NCBI GenBank assembly: GCA_918797485.1 | Contig: CAKKNE010000001.1 | Span: forward strand, 4,278,001-4,342,000 | Source: Pelagomonas calceolata | Lineage: Eukaryota | Reading direction: 5' to 3' | DNA: 64,000 nt | Shown: positions 9,965 through 21,016 of the stretch, piece by piece | Layout of the letters: the number at the start of each line of letters is the position of its first letter | Numbering within the stretch: position 1 is the stretch's first letter | Program-made: the position numbers and the translations under genes | Notes under the pieces: model-generated | The model's database searches: none | Told to the model about the DNA's origin: nothing | The model's input: the letters and a program-made list of their open reading frames with translations, nothing else

Positions 9965-11067
9965 TCAGAGGTACTCGGACGCGACCGCCAGAACGCCGAT
10001 CAGGACGATGGCGCCGTAGGCGAAGGCGAACTTCCGGAGCGCCTGCTCCGGGGCCGCCGCCGCCGGCGGCGCCTCCCACGTGTCCGCGCGCTCGACGAAG
10101 CGGGCGCGCGGCGGCGTCTCGGCCGCCTCGGCCGCGGCGCGCGGCGAGGGCTCCCGGATCGCGGGGCGCTTCGCCGCCGCGGCAGCGGCGGCCGGCGCGG
10201 GCCGCTTCGCGCCAGCGGTCGGCGACGGCACCGCCTCCTCCTCCTCGAACGCGGGCTGCGACGTCGGCGACGCCACGGGCGACTGCGCCGGCGTCGACTG
10301 CCGCGACGTCTGCCGCGACGACGACGGGCTCTTCAGGGGCGCCGACGCGGCCTTGATGCGCAGCGACGACTCGACCGTGTTCCTCTTCGACTTCGAGCGG
10401 CCGATCATGGGCAGGCCGCTGATCTGCTTCTTGATCCCGCGCGTGAAGGACATCTTCTTTTTCTTCTGCGCGATCTCCCGATCTTTGACCGCATCCGCCG
10501 AGCCGAGCTCGATGGCCTTGTCGAAGTGCTCGATCGCCTTGTCCAGGTCCTGCTCGACGCCGACGGCGTACAGGTACCGCACGCCCAGTTGGTGCGTCGC
10601 GTGGGCGTTGCCCTGGTCCGCGGCGCGCGTCAAGTACTCGAACGCCACCGACTCGTCCTTCTCGTAGCCGCCCCGCCCGAACGTCGACATCTGTGCCAAA
10701 AACATCTGCGCCTTCACCGCGCCGCCCTCGGCCGCGATCTTCAGCCACTTCCGGGCCTCCTCCTTGTCCACGACGCCGGTCTTGCCGTGGGCGTGCATCA
10801 GCGACAGCTCCCACGCGCCCTCCGCGCTGCCGGCCTCGGCCGACTGCTGGAACGCCTTCATGGCCGCGGGCCAGTCCTTGCGCGCGTAGGCGGCGTGGCC
10901 GACGGCCAGCATGGCTTCGCCCTGCGTGGTGCTTGCGGTTTCGGGGGCGCGCGTGGAATAAGGGTTTTCGGATTGGATGCTTTTTGGGGTTGCGCGCGCG
11001 GGCGGCGCCCGGGGCTGCACCGGCGTGGGTGGGGCAGCGATGCGGTGGTGCGTACCTCGGTAGCCAT
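9965..11067 (-). CDS. Sel1-repeat protein with C-terminal TM anchor, 2 exons (intron 10922-11055)
   Basis: Repeats of the type A..WLKIAAEGG..KAQ and YLTRAADQGNAHATHQLG..Y; ATGGCTACCGAG|GTACG...CACGCAG|GGC splices in frame. Confidence 0.8.
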
Positions 11068-11429
11068 CTCTCAGGCGGCCTCGTAATTAGTTTGCAAATG
11101 GCGCAAAAATGGCGGCCTCTCAGGCGCATCCATCCAGCACCCCGCGCGGGCAGCAGCTAGCGGCGTCCAAAGAGGCGCTGAGCAGGCCTCCTCGCTCGCC
11201 GTGGGCCGGTGGTAGCTATCTGGCTCGCATTTCTATCAGTGCTAGTGTGTCTCAAGACACGCTAGGTCGAATTGCAAAACCGGCTCTGGTCTGCAGCAGT
11301 GCTCGCTGCTCGCAAGCTGTCGGCGAGCTTCGTTATTTCTTCTGTCGGCTGCAGCAGCGATCGCGGAACTGCGCTCGCGCGCCAGTAATTACTGCCACCA
11401 GCAGGCTGCAGCACACTGAGCTCGCAGCG

Positions 11430-12827
11430 ATGCGCTGCCTCGTGGTACTCGCGACGGCGAACGCCCTGCAGCAGCGCTACTTCGCCTCGACGGCGCGCGG
11501 CTGCGAGCCGTACCTCGCCGACGAGCTTGAGAGTATCGGCGCGTCTCACGTCGAAATCGGGCGCAGCGGCGTGCACTTTGACGGAGACACGCGCGTGGGC
11601 TACGCGGCGCTCATCCACGCGCGGACGGCCACGAAGGTGCTGGAAGTGCTGGCCTGGCGGAACGGCGTCGAGACGGCCGCGGACCTGTATAACTTGGGAA
11701 GGGACGTCCCGTGGCCCGAGCTCATGGACGTCGAGGGCACGCTGCGCGTCGACGCGACGCTGACGGGCGGCGTCGCGCAGGCGCTGGCCCACTCGCACTT
11801 CTCGTCGCTGACCCTGAAGAACGCCGTCGTCGATTCCTTTAGGGGCGAGAACCAGCTGGGCCGGCGGCCGTCCGTCGCCAAGGATGGGTGCGACGTGCCA
11901 CTGCACTTGTTTTTGGACCGGGATAGGTGTACCTTGTACCGATCTTTATCATCAGAGTCGCTTCACAAGCGCGGCTATAGGTCACGAACGTCTCACAGAG
12001 CGGCTTTACGACCGACCGTCGCGGCCGCGATGCTCTACGGGGCCCGCTGGCCCCAGCGCAGCATGCGAGGCGAAGCACTATGTGATCCGATGTGCGGCTC
12101 GGGCACGTTTCTCATCGAGGCGGCGCTCATGGCGCGGCAGATCGCGCCGGGCCTGCAACGGGCGGAGAGCGAGGGCTTCGCGTGCGAACGGTGGAAGGAC
12201 TTCGACGGAGACGCGTGGGACGAGGTTATAAGGGAAGCGCGAGAACGCGTCCGGGACACATGCCCCTCGAAAATCATGGGTGCGGACGCGCACGCGGGCG
12301 CCGCCGGTCTAGCGAGGGACGGCATCGCGAACGCCGGCGTCGAGGACGACGTGACGATACAAGTCGCCGACTGCCTCGCGTGGACACCTGAGTCAAAACC
12401 GTCTCTGGTCATTTCGAACCCGCCCTGGGATGGAAGACTAGAGGGCGCCGACGCGGCCTGGACGGCTTTGAGGAGTTTCCTCAAGAGGGAGGCGGGCGGC
12501 GGCGTCGCCCATTTGCTGACGGGGAACATGCCGGTCACGCGGAACCTGATGATGCGCGCGTCCAAAAAGAAGAAGCTGAGCACGGGCGGCGTCGACTTGC
12601 GGTGCCTGACCTATGAGATTCGGGGCTCAGAAGTGGACGTGGCGCCGCAGATTGCGAAGAAGGACGTGCCGCTCTGGCACGCGCCGCCGCGGTCGACCTA
12701 CGAGGCGCTGACCGTCGTGGTCCTGAAGGAGAAGCTGCGCGAGCGGTCCCTGAAGGTGTCGGGGCGGAAGGCGGAGCTGGTCGATCGGTTGTTGGAGGCG
12801 GACGCGCGGGTGCTCGAGGGGGCTTAA
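11430..12827 (+). CDS. THUMP-domain RNA m2G methyltransferase (RlmL-like) with C-terminal SAP domain
   Basis: SLHKRGYR, AALRPTVAAAML, DPMCGSGTFLIEAA, ISNPPW; C-terminal LTVVVLKEKLRERSLKVSGRKAELVDRL is a SAP motif. Confidence 0.85.
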   Translation: MRCLVVLATANALQQRYFASTARGCEPYLADELESIGASHVEIGRSGVHFDGDTRVGYAALIHARTATKVLEVLAWRNGVETAADLYNLGRDVPWPELMDVEGTLRVDATLTGGVAQALAHSHFSSLTLKNAVVDSFRGENQLGRRPSVAKDGCDVPLHLFLDRDRCTLYRSLSSESLHKRGYRSRTSHRAALRPTVAAAMLYGARWPQRSMRGEALCDPMCGSGTFLIEAALMARQIAPGLQRAESEGFACERWKDFDGDAWDEVIREARERVRDTCPSKIMGADAHAGAAGLARDGIANAGVEDDVTIQVADCLAWTPESKPSLVISNPPWDGRLEGADAAWTALRSFLKREAGGGVAHLLTGNMPVTRNLMMRASKKKKLSTGGVDLRCLTYEIRGSEVDVAPQIAKKDVPLWHAPPRSTYEALTVVVLKEKLRERSLKVSGRKAELVDRLLEADARVLEGA

Positions 12828-12860
12828 CGTTAGTGTGATACAACAGTTCTTACACACACA

Positions 12861-13685
12861 TCAAAAACCACCAGTCACCATGTCGTCCTGCCAGCTCGGC
12901 CACTTCCTCTCCGCCGCGCGCTTCCGCATGAAGACGTGGTAGCGCGGCCCCCACTCCTCCAACAGCGTCGCGTCGGTCAGCGGGACGATGCGCACGTCGT
13001 CGACGCCCCAGTCGCCGGCCTTGGCTTCCCACCAGGCTTCCGTGACGAGGTCCTCCGGCGGTTTCAGGTACGCGCCGGCCGCTGCGTCGGTCACGCCGCG
13101 TGGTGGCCGCACGTTCCCCACGAACACCCTTGCACTCGGCTTCGCCAAGCGGCACATCTCGCGGACCCATGTTTCCGTAACCGCGGCCTCATTTTCATTT
13201 TCGCCGGGCTCGACGTACGCACAGATGACGGCGTCGAACCGCTGCGGGTCGACCCAGGTTAGGTTGAGCGAGTCGCCAACAGCAAAACTGCCCCAGGGCA
13301 GCTCCATGCGGCACTCCTCGATGGCTTTCATCGAGACGTCGTTGCCCGCGACGTCGAAGGCCACATCAAGTAACTCGTATAGACCGGAGAGGAACCAGCC
13401 CTCGCCCACGGCGGACTCAAAGACCGTGGCGCCCTCCTCTATCCCTAAATCGTCCGCGACGGCCTTCACGAAGCCGTCGACGTATCGTCGGTACGTGACG
13501 CCCCAATTACCAGACCCGTGCGCGTCGCCCTCGTACCATTGTACCACGTTGCGGAACTGGGGCGCCGTCGCGCAGTGCGTTTGTTGCCAGGCGCACTGCT
13601 TGATTAATTTCGGCGGCGGCGGCGAGTAGCTCGAGAGGGCGCTCGTTGTTGCGGCGAGCGTCGCGGCTAGAAGTTTTGATGGCAT
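12861..13685 (-). CDS. Class I SAM-dependent methyltransferase
   Basis: VFESAVGEG (motif I), VAGNDVS, FDAVIC, REMCRLAKPSARVFV; signal-like N-terminus. Confidence 0.7.
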   Translation of the reverse strand: MPSKLLAATLAATTSALSSYSPPPPKLIKQCAWQQTHCATAPQFRNVVQWYEGDAHGSGNWGVTYRRYVDGFVKAVADDLGIEEGATVFESAVGEGWFLSGLYELLDVAFDVAGNDVSMKAIEECRMELPWGSFAVGDSLNLTWVDPQRFDAVICAYVEPGENENEAAVTETWVREMCRLAKPSARVFVGNVRPPRGVTDAAAGAYLKPPEDLVTEAWWEAKAGDWGVDDVRIVPLTDATLLEEWGPRYHVFMRKRAAERKWPSWQDDMVTGGF

Positions 13686-14115
13686 CGCTGCGGCGGTCTT
13701 GCAAAGCTGCAGCTGGCAGAGTGTGTGCAGCAGGTCTCCTGCTGCGCTGCCTGTGTTGTTTTCGTATTTCAGGTCAAGAAGAGGCACGCCTCCGTCTGCT
13801 CCTTTACTTATAAGATCACTGCGGTGACCTAGGCGGAGTTTGGTGGGCCAGGCTGTGCGCAGGCCGTGGAGCGATGAGCTTTTTGGCCTAGCAAGGCGCC
13901 ACGCATAAATCGATTAGGACGGAACCGAGCCGCACGAAAGTCGCATCGGTGGTGCATCTCTTGTCTCCAGCAGTTTGAGCGTGAACGGCACGCTGCGCTG
14001 AGAGCTGAAGACCATCACACACAGTGCACACAACTTTTGCTAACAGCAAGCGCGGCGCCACTCGCGACGTAGGGCGCAGCCAGCACTTCACAACAAGCAG
14101 CCAAAGGCAGCGCAA

Positions 14116-14676
14116 ATGGCCAAGAAACAAAAGCAAAAGGCCAAGCAGGCGGCGCGCAAGGCCGGCAAGGGCTCCGCGCTCGTCAAAAGGCAGGTTGTCA
14201 AACAACAGCCCGGCGGCAGCGGCAAGCGCATGCTCGTGCCGAAGCACGCCAAGCAGGGCAAAGTGCACAAACCCGTGTCGTCGGAGAAGCTCGCGCTGAA
14301 AGCGCGGCGCCGGGAGGAGCAGGCCGCGCGCGAGCGCGCCAAGGCCGCCGAGTACGCGGCCGAGCGCGGCCAGTTGCCGCCGCCGGACGTGCACATAAAG
14401 CCGGCGTCCTTCGCCGTCGACGCGCCGCCGCCGCGGGACGAGGGCGACCTGCGCTGGCTCTTCGCCATGGACCACGAAAGAGACGCGAAGCGGGCGGCCC
14501 GCAAAGCGCGCGCGACGGCGGCGCCCTCCAAACAAGCGGCGTCCTTCGAGATGCTCCGGGAGGACAGCGACGAAGACGCCGCGCCGCCCCTGCCGCCGCC
14601 GCCCGTCGCGCCGCCCGTCGTGGCCATCGCGCCGCCGACGTTCGCATTGCCGGGGCAGGACTTCGACGACATCTAG
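14116..14676 (+). CDS. Hypothetical Lys/Arg-rich protein
   Basis: ATG-started ORF with GC3-biased codons; no domain recognised. Confidence 0.55.
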   Translation: MAKKQKQKAKQAARKAGKGSALVKRQVVKQQPGGSGKRMLVPKHAKQGKVHKPVSSEKLALKARRREEQAARERAKAAEYAAERGQLPPPDVHIKPASFAVDAPPPRDEGDLRWLFAMDHERDAKRAARKARATAAPSKQAASFEMLREDSDEDAAPPLPPPPVAPPVVAIAPPTFALPGQDFDDI

Positions 14677-14718
14677 TATGATTATAAGTGTGTTCTTGTG
14701 ACTTCGATAGATACTACG

Positions 14719-16179
14719 TTACCAGCTACCCCCCTCGAAGTTCCGCAGCTTCTCCGAGAGGTCCTGCGGCGGCGGCGCGTCTGCCGTCGGCGCCGGCCCG
14801 GGCGGCCCGGCGGGCGGCGTGCCCGCGGCGCCGCCGCCGTAGCCGGGCATCGCGCCGCTGTACTGCTGCGGCGGCGCGCCCGGCGGCCCGCCCGGAGGCG
14901 GTGCTCCGGGAGGCGCCCCGTACTGCCCCGGCGGCGGCGGCGGCCCGCCCGGAGGCCCGGCAGGCGGCGGCGCGCCAGGCGCGCCGTACTGTCCCGCCGG
15001 CGGTCCACCGTACCCGGGCCTGGCGCCCGGCGGCCCCGGCGGCGGCGCGCCCGGCCGCGCCGGCGGCGCCTGCTGACCAGGCTGCCAGCCCGATGAAGGC
15101 GGCAGGGCCCGCTGCGGCTGCGCCCCCCACGAAGGCTGCTGGAACTGTTGCGACTGGAGCTGCGCGTGGTAGTCGGCCCATTCTTTGGGGATGCCCTTCA
15201 CATCACCTAAGGCGAAGCGGTAGGCGTTGCCCCCGCCCAGCGACTGGAGTAGTTCCTGGTAGGGCACGAATCGTAGTAATTCGCGTTGATCAGCGAGCAG
15301 GTTGATTTTTTGGCGCGTCTTTTCATCGACGAACCGCGACGCGACGCCCCAGAGACCTCTGAACAAGCCATCCGCGGGCACGACGCACGCCTTCGCCAAA
15401 GCCTCCGGGAAGTTCAACTCCAGGATTTTTGCCAGTTCTCTAGGATAAGCTAATCTACCACCTCTGGGAGCGGAAGGATCTCTGACAATAACAACAGTGA
15501 CTTTCCCATCAGGCGATCTCGCTGTAGCTTCGTCCATCCAGTAGACCGCCGCGCGCACGGCTAAGGCGATTTGCTGGGGCGTCGCGCCGGGCGGCACGCC
15601 CGGACCGATGTGATAGATGACTGGTCGTCCTTCATAGTCCTTGCCCCTCGAGAAGATCGTACCCTGAGCTAGCTGATGAGCGATCTGCGTGGGCTCCACG
15701 GGAAAGCCATACGCGCGGCGCCAGCGCAGTGACGCCCCGAGCATCTCCGAGGCGGCGTCGGCGTCGTCCTTGCGAGCCGTCAGAAACCGTTCCAAGGTCT
15801 TCTGGGACTCGCCCGGGAACCTTTGTTTGAGCGTCCACATCGATCTCTCTCTGTTCTGCTGCTTTTCCTGCTCTTCCCTTGCTTTCCTTTGCTCCTCCTC
15901 CCACTCGGCCTTCCCGGGCCAGTCCTGCTGCTGCTGTCCTCGGTTGTCGGGGGGGTAGCCGGGCTGGTACCACTGCTGGTCCTGCTGCTGGCCCCAGGGC
16001 GTCGTCTGGTACGGTGTCTGTTGTTGGTTTTGCTGCTGCTGCGGCCATCCTCCTTGCGGCGGTTGTTGAGGGTTGCCGCCGGTGGCCGAGCCCCAGCTTG
16101 ATGCTGCGGCGCTCGTTACACAGAGGGCGATAACGAGAGCGCTCCGCCGCGCCGGCCGCCGTCGTGTTGATTGTTGCAT
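14719..16179 (-). CDS. CRAL-TRIO (Sec14-like) lipid-binding protein with signal peptide and Gln/Pro/Gly-rich low-complexity tails
   Basis: LERFLTARKDD..AASEML..SLRWRR, GKDYEGRPVIY, LELNFPEAL, FVDEKTRQKI, SLGGG. Confidence 0.8.
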   Translation of the reverse strand: MQQSTRRRPARRSALVIALCVTSAAASSWGSATGGNPQQPPQGGWPQQQQNQQQTPYQTTPWGQQQDQQWYQPGYPPDNRGQQQQDWPGKAEWEEEQRKAREEQEKQQNRERSMWTLKQRFPGESQKTLERFLTARKDDADAASEMLGASLRWRRAYGFPVEPTQIAHQLAQGTIFSRGKDYEGRPVIYHIGPGVPPGATPQQIALAVRAAVYWMDEATARSPDGKVTVVIVRDPSAPRGGRLAYPRELAKILELNFPEALAKACVVPADGLFRGLWGVASRFVDEKTRQKINLLADQRELLRFVPYQELLQSLGGGNAYRFALGDVKGIPKEWADYHAQLQSQQFQQPSWGAQPQRALPPSSGWQPGQQAPPARPGAPPPGPPGARPGYGGPPAGQYGAPGAPPPAGPPGGPPPPPGQYGAPPGAPPPGGPPGAPPQQYSGAMPGYGGGAAGTPPAGPPGPAPTADAPPPQDLSEKLRNFEGGSW

Positions 16180-16647
16180 CTTTGTGCAAGTCTCCTGACA
16201 AGGGCTTGCGGCGACGGCGTGAAGCTATTTGCACAGCAGTTCGCGCTGCGATTGCTGCGAGAACGTGTGCACGGACCACAAATGAGCTGTGCGGGCGCGG
16301 GACTTGGGAACGGCGCCGCTGTAAAGGGCCGCGTCGCACAACACGATTGCCTCCAGGTGGATGCTAGTACGGAGCTGTCGTTGCTGAGATACGGCGAGTG
16401 GACACGTGGCGAGAGCGGTAGGCGCCGTCGTTTGAAGCTTGCTGACTGCGCCGGTCGTGCAAAGTTGCTGCTCTCAATGGGCATTGGCGGTCGGCAGCGA
16501 CGCGGCACGCCATCGACGCGCGGCAGGTAGCGTATTCATAAGCCGCATTGCTGCAACCATTCATCACGCTGCAGTTACAGCGTTCGCCGACGCGCACACA
16601 TTAAGCACATCAGCAGGAGCTGTGCAGCCACAGCAACACTGAAAGCA

Positions 16648-18547
16648 ATGAGCGCCCAGCTGGACCTCCCCCTGAGCCAGGTCTTGGTGTTCGAGAAGAC
16701 CGGCCGGGTACTGTGGAGAAGAGGCGCCCCGACGCTCAAGGGCGACCCTTTATCGGAACTCGTCGGCGCCTACCTCCTCGAAGAAAAGGGCGGCACGCAG
16801 AGCGCGCGCATCGGGGACCACGCCTTGGACTGGCGTTTTGTGAATGAGGCGGATTTGGTCGTCGTGACGGCGGCACCGGCAAGCATGGAGCTCGACTGGA
16901 CCGGGGACCTGTGCGACAGCGTGAGAAAGAAGGTTGCGGCACTCGCGAAGTCAGGCCACGTGCAGGAGGCCCTGCGGTCGTCCTTCGACCCTACTTTTGA
17001 CGGTCTGGAAAAAGAGTTCGAGGCGCGCTTGCGGATTAGAAGGAAAAAACAACAGGCCGACTTGGAAGCTCGCAAGGCGCGCAGCGCGGAGGCGGCCCAG
17101 CGGCGGGCCGAGGCCGAAGCTGAAGCGGCGGAAGCGGCTGAAGAGGAGGAGGGCGTGCGCGGCCGCGTCCTTCATCAACGATGGCGTCCCCACGCGTCAC
17201 CCGCGCGACGACGTCTCGCCCCCCATACGCCATCGACGCGACGCCTCATCAACGCAGGCCGAGAAGACCGACGAGGACCCCCTCGCCCGCTTAAAAAGAA
17301 GAACAGCCACGAAATCTTCCTCGGGCGGCCGACGGCGCGGCAAGAAGAAGCCCACGGACTCCTCAGAAAAGGCCGGCAAGAAGCCGACGGTCTGGAGAGA
17401 TGGTTCCCAGAGGAACAAGAAGGCTACGGCCGCCGAAGTCGCGGCGCTAGATCGAAGTGGCGCCCATGGCGACGCGGCGGCGCAGCAGGCGGCCCAGGAT
17501 CGGCACCTCGAAGAGATGCGCGGCACTTATTTAGCGAATGAGGGCGAGAAGGCCGCCTGGGACGAGGAGGAGGAGTTATTGTTAGAAGACGAGAGCGACG
17601 ACGAGGCTGCTCCGAAATCTTGGTTCGGCAGAAATGTGGGCAACTTACTGAACAACGTGGCTGGCAGTCAAACATTGACAAAGGAGGAGATCGAGCCCGT
17701 CATGGCCGATCTGAGGAAGACTTTGCTAGAAAAAAATGTCGCGGTCGAAGTGGCCGATGCCGTCACAAAAAGTGTGGCCGATTCACTCGTCGGTCAGAAA
17801 GTAGAAAGATTCGGACGAGCCTCGACGATGATCAAGCAGGCTCTAGCCGCAGCAGTGGAGCGTGTCCTGACACCGAAGCGCTCGACGGATGTGCTACGGG
17901 AGGTGCTAGATGCCAAAAGGAAGGGCAAGACCTACTCTATAGTTTTTGTGGGCATCAACGGCGTGGGCAAATCTACATCTCTCTCAAAGGTAGCCTACTA
18001 CCTCAAGGAGCACAACATCGACGTGATGATTACGGCCTGTGACACGTTCCGTTCTGGGGCCGTGGAGCAACTACGGTCCCACGCGAAATGCCTGGATGTG
18101 GAGTTGTTCGAGAAGGGCTACCTGAAGGATCCCGCGGACGTGGCTCGGGCATCTCTCGTACATGCCAAACAAGCGAAGAAGGATTGTGTATTGATAGACA
18201 CCGCTGGCAGAATGCAGAACAACGATAAGTTAATGAGGGAGTTAGCTAAATTAGTGAGTGTCAACACGCCGGATCTCGTGCTCTTCGTCGGCGAAGCTCT
18301 CGTAGGAAACGATGGGATCGATCAATTGAACATGTTCAACAAGTCGCTGGCGCAGTTCTGTAGCGATGGTCGGACGATCGATGGATTGGTGTTGACGAAG
18401 TTCGATACCATAGATGATAAAGTAGGGGCCACCCTCAGTATGACGTACAAGACGGGCCAGCCCATCATGTTCATCGGCGTCGGCCAGAAGTACACGCACC
18501 TCAAGAAGCTCTCCGTGAACGCGGTCGTGAACGCGCTGTTCAAGTGA
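16648..18547 (+). CDS. SRPRA: Signal recognition particle receptor alpha subunit, 2 exons (intron 17155-17257)
   Basis: N-terminal SRX-like domain (KTGRVLW); GINGVGKST, DTFRSGAVEQL, DTAGRMQ, TKFDT, GVGQKY; GGC|GTGCGC...ACGCAG|GCC joins the two frames. Confidence 0.92.
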
Positions 18548-18665
18548 CGCTCGGCGATGGCGTCTCGAGTGGTAAGAGTGACTAGGGTTATCTACTACCA
18601 CGGCCGGTGGCGAGGCGTCGATGATGATGGCGTGGCGATGAGTAAGAGTAACTTACTAGGGCTAC

Positions 18666-19829
18666 CTACCACGGGCCGGTGTGCCAGTGGGTGTCGTCGG
18701 GACCGCCGCAGCCGCTACTGTTCGGGGTTCTGATCCTGTAGTAGCACTGCCAGAACGAGAGGACGTTCCAGGCGACGCCGTTTGGCAGACCAAACACGAA
18801 TCCGAGGATGGCGTTCGACGTCTTCGCGCGTCTCTTGAGCGCCAGCGCCCGGAGAACGAGGATCTGCTTTCGCGGCCGCACGAAGCACGCCTTGTATGCG
18901 GCGCTGCTGTTCATGGACGAAGGCGCGGAGCTCGACAGGGCGAAGGCATACGATCCGCCGCCGGCCGCTCTCACCTCTCGGACCAAAATACTGCACTTTT
19001 GCCAGACGGCGAGTTGTCGCGTTTCGAAGGCTGCCTTGTCTAATCTCCACTCTGCCGTCTTGAGGTTCCAATGGTCGTCCTCCTCATTGGTGCAATTATC
19101 TAACGACGCGCCGGCGAGCAGCAACGCCCGGCAGACAAACTCCAGCCCCCGAAATTGAGTGTCCCTGGAATTACGTCCTTCCATTAGGGTCAGGAGTTCG
19201 CCCAGAGGCGAATATCTTTTCGCCGTTGGATCATCTGGATAGTATTTGGAAGGGATAAGTGCGTTGACCTCGGCGCCGCCGGCAATGAGCAGCATGATTA
19301 TCTCGTGCTTGTTTGCAGTGAAGTTATACGATGGCGAATACATGACTTCGTGACTCGTGCACGCAAAATCCAGCGGCGACCACCCATCCGCGTTTCGTAT
19401 GGTTGGATCGGCGCCGCACGCCAGCAGCCAGCGAACGAGTGCCACGTGGCCGCTGTAATAAGCAGGCGAATGCGCGACCAGGGCCAGCAGCGTGTGGCCT
19501 GAAACGGGCTCCGCACCTACGCGCTTCGCGAGATACGGTTCCGTGAGCGTGAACGTCTCGTTTATGTCGCGCGGTCCCGTGGCGTCGAACCAAGCTACCA
19601 CCGCGTCCTTGTCTCCTTCGTTGAAGAGTTTCTTGAAGACGTCCACGGGGAGCCCCGGACCGCCGCTGCTCGAGAGGCCCAACTTCTCCAGCTTACGCGG
19701 TGGCGGTAATCTCATGTGGGCGGCGCGTCGCTTACGCTCCCGCTCGGCGCGTGCAATCTCGTCGACTTCTAGGGCGCGGAGCTCGTCGACGACGCGGGCC
19801 TCAGCAGTTTCATTGTTTTCAGTCTCCAT
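18666..19829 (-). CDS. Ankyrin-repeat protein with C-terminal LPNGVAWNVLSFW motif
   Basis: LVRWLLACGADPTIRNADGWSPLDFAC, LLIAGGAEVNA, LLLAGASLD. Confidence 0.7.
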   Translation of the reverse strand: METENNETAEARVVDELRALEVDEIARAERERKRRAAHMRLPPPRKLEKLGLSSSGGPGLPVDVFKKLFNEGDKDAVVAWFDATGPRDINETFTLTEPYLAKRVGAEPVSGHTLLALVAHSPAYYSGHVALVRWLLACGADPTIRNADGWSPLDFACTSHEVMYSPSYNFTANKHEIIMLLIAGGAEVNALIPSKYYPDDPTAKRYSPLGELLTLMEGRNSRDTQFRGLEFVCRALLLAGASLDNCTNEEDDHWNLKTAEWRLDKAAFETRQLAVWQKCSILVREVRAAGGGSYAFALSSSAPSSMNSSAAYKACFVRPRKQILVLRALALKRRAKTSNAILGFVFGLPNGVAWNVLSFWQCYYRIRTPNSSGCGGPDDTHWHTGPW

Positions 19830-19959
19830 CGAATTTTGGCTTGAGGATCGGTACTTCAGGCGATATGCGTCGGCCGGTCGCATTGTCAGAAGGTTACTAA
19901 GGCAATATAGACACGCGCGTCTGGCCTCTACGCGTTTGTTTGCCGATGCGATTTTGCCA

Positions 19960-19982
19960 GCTAGCGGCCTGTAACACACTAG
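19960..19982. promoter_or_regulatory. Representative copy of recurrent intergenic motif GCTAGCG-N-GTAASACACTAG
   Basis: gctagcggcctgtaacacactag; related copies at about 5536, 8361, 11242, 27818, 28852, 30551, 33282, 38112, 42218 and 54863. Confidence 0.7.
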
Positions 19983-20133
19983 GGATGCTGGCAAGCTCGT
20001 GACAACTGGCTGGATAGCAGCGAGGAAAGTCGTTGCGAGCTAAATCACATCGCTGCGAGCCGCATCGCTGCGAGCCGAACCAGCTGCGGCAATTTCCGTG
20101 CAACAAATTGGAGAGATAGCACAGCGAGCTGCC

Positions 20134-21006
20134 ATGGCTAACAAGCAACAAAAGTCCCTCACCAAAGTAGGACTAGCAGGAGGGATAGCCGGATCAATGG
20201 AAATAGCGGTCACCTACCCGCTCGAGTACGTGAAGACGAACGTGCAATTGCAGCACGGCGCCGCGGGCACCGGCAGTGGATACAACGGCGCTATCCATTG
20301 CTTTCGCCAAACGATAAAAACAAATGGCTTGAGGGGCCTCTACAGCGGCTGCGCGCCGTGGTTCGCGTTCGCCGGGCCCCGGTCGGCCGTCCGCTTTGCA
20401 GCCTTTGAATTTTTGTCAAAAGACGCGCCCAGGACGTCGGGCTGGGACTTTTTATGCGGCTTGGGCGCGGGCGCGTGTGAGGCCGCTCTCTGCCAGACGC
20501 CGAACCAGTCGATACAAATAAAACTGCTACACGACGCCTCTCCAGCAGTCGTAGAGAAGCGCTACTCGCACCTACCTTTCTTCCGGGCCTGTGCGGCGAT
20601 AGGAAGGCACCACGGCATCTTATCATTTTATGACGGCCTGGCGCCGGCCGTGGCGAAGGGCGCGCTCACGAACTGCGTGCGCTTCGTCGGCTATAAGGGT
20701 ATACTGCGGGCTTCCGGGAGAGAAGAAAATGCGTCGGCGATGGAGTCGTTCGGGGCCGGCGCCGTCGCTGGGGCTATATCGGCGGTAATCTCGCAGCCAG
20801 TCGACACGGTCAAGGCGAACATGATGGGCCTCGATCGGGGCGTTTACGCGTCGTCGCTGGACTGCGCGCGCGCCATCGTGAAGGCCGACGGCGTGCGAGC
20901 GCTGTGGAACGGCGGCGGGCCGCGCGTCGTGCGCGTCTTCTTCGAGGTGGGCCTGCAATTCGCGCTGTTCGGGGAGGTGTCGAAGCTCGTCGATAAGTTG
21001 TGGTAA
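20134..21006 (+). CDS. Mitochondrial carrier (SLC25), citrate/tricarboxylate-carrier-like
   Basis: Three Px(D/E)xx(K/R)-like signatures (YPLEYVK, TPNQSIQIK, QPVDTVK); RSAVRF and TNCVRF. Confidence 0.85.
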   Translation: MANKQQKSLTKVGLAGGIAGSMEIAVTYPLEYVKTNVQLQHGAAGTGSGYNGAIHCFRQTIKTNGLRGLYSGCAPWFAFAGPRSAVRFAAFEFLSKDAPRTSGWDFLCGLGAGACEAALCQTPNQSIQIKLLHDASPAVVEKRYSHLPFFRACAAIGRHHGILSFYDGLAPAVAKGALTNCVRFVGYKGILRASGREENASAMESFGAGAVAGAISAVISQPVDTVKANMMGLDRGVYASSLDCARAIVKADGVRALWNGGGPRVVRVFFEVGLQFALFGEVSKLVDKLW

Positions 21007-21016
21007 CATGTATTTC

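Noticed and set aside
10922..11055. Sel1-gene intron as an introner
   Set aside because: Canonical GAG|GTACGC donor, with no TSD, TIR or CGCCATCG motif visible; treated as an ordinary intron
9774..11129. 451-aa Arg-rich minus-strand ORF
   Set aside because: Alternative frame of the Sel1 gene; long spurious ORFs are expected at this GC content
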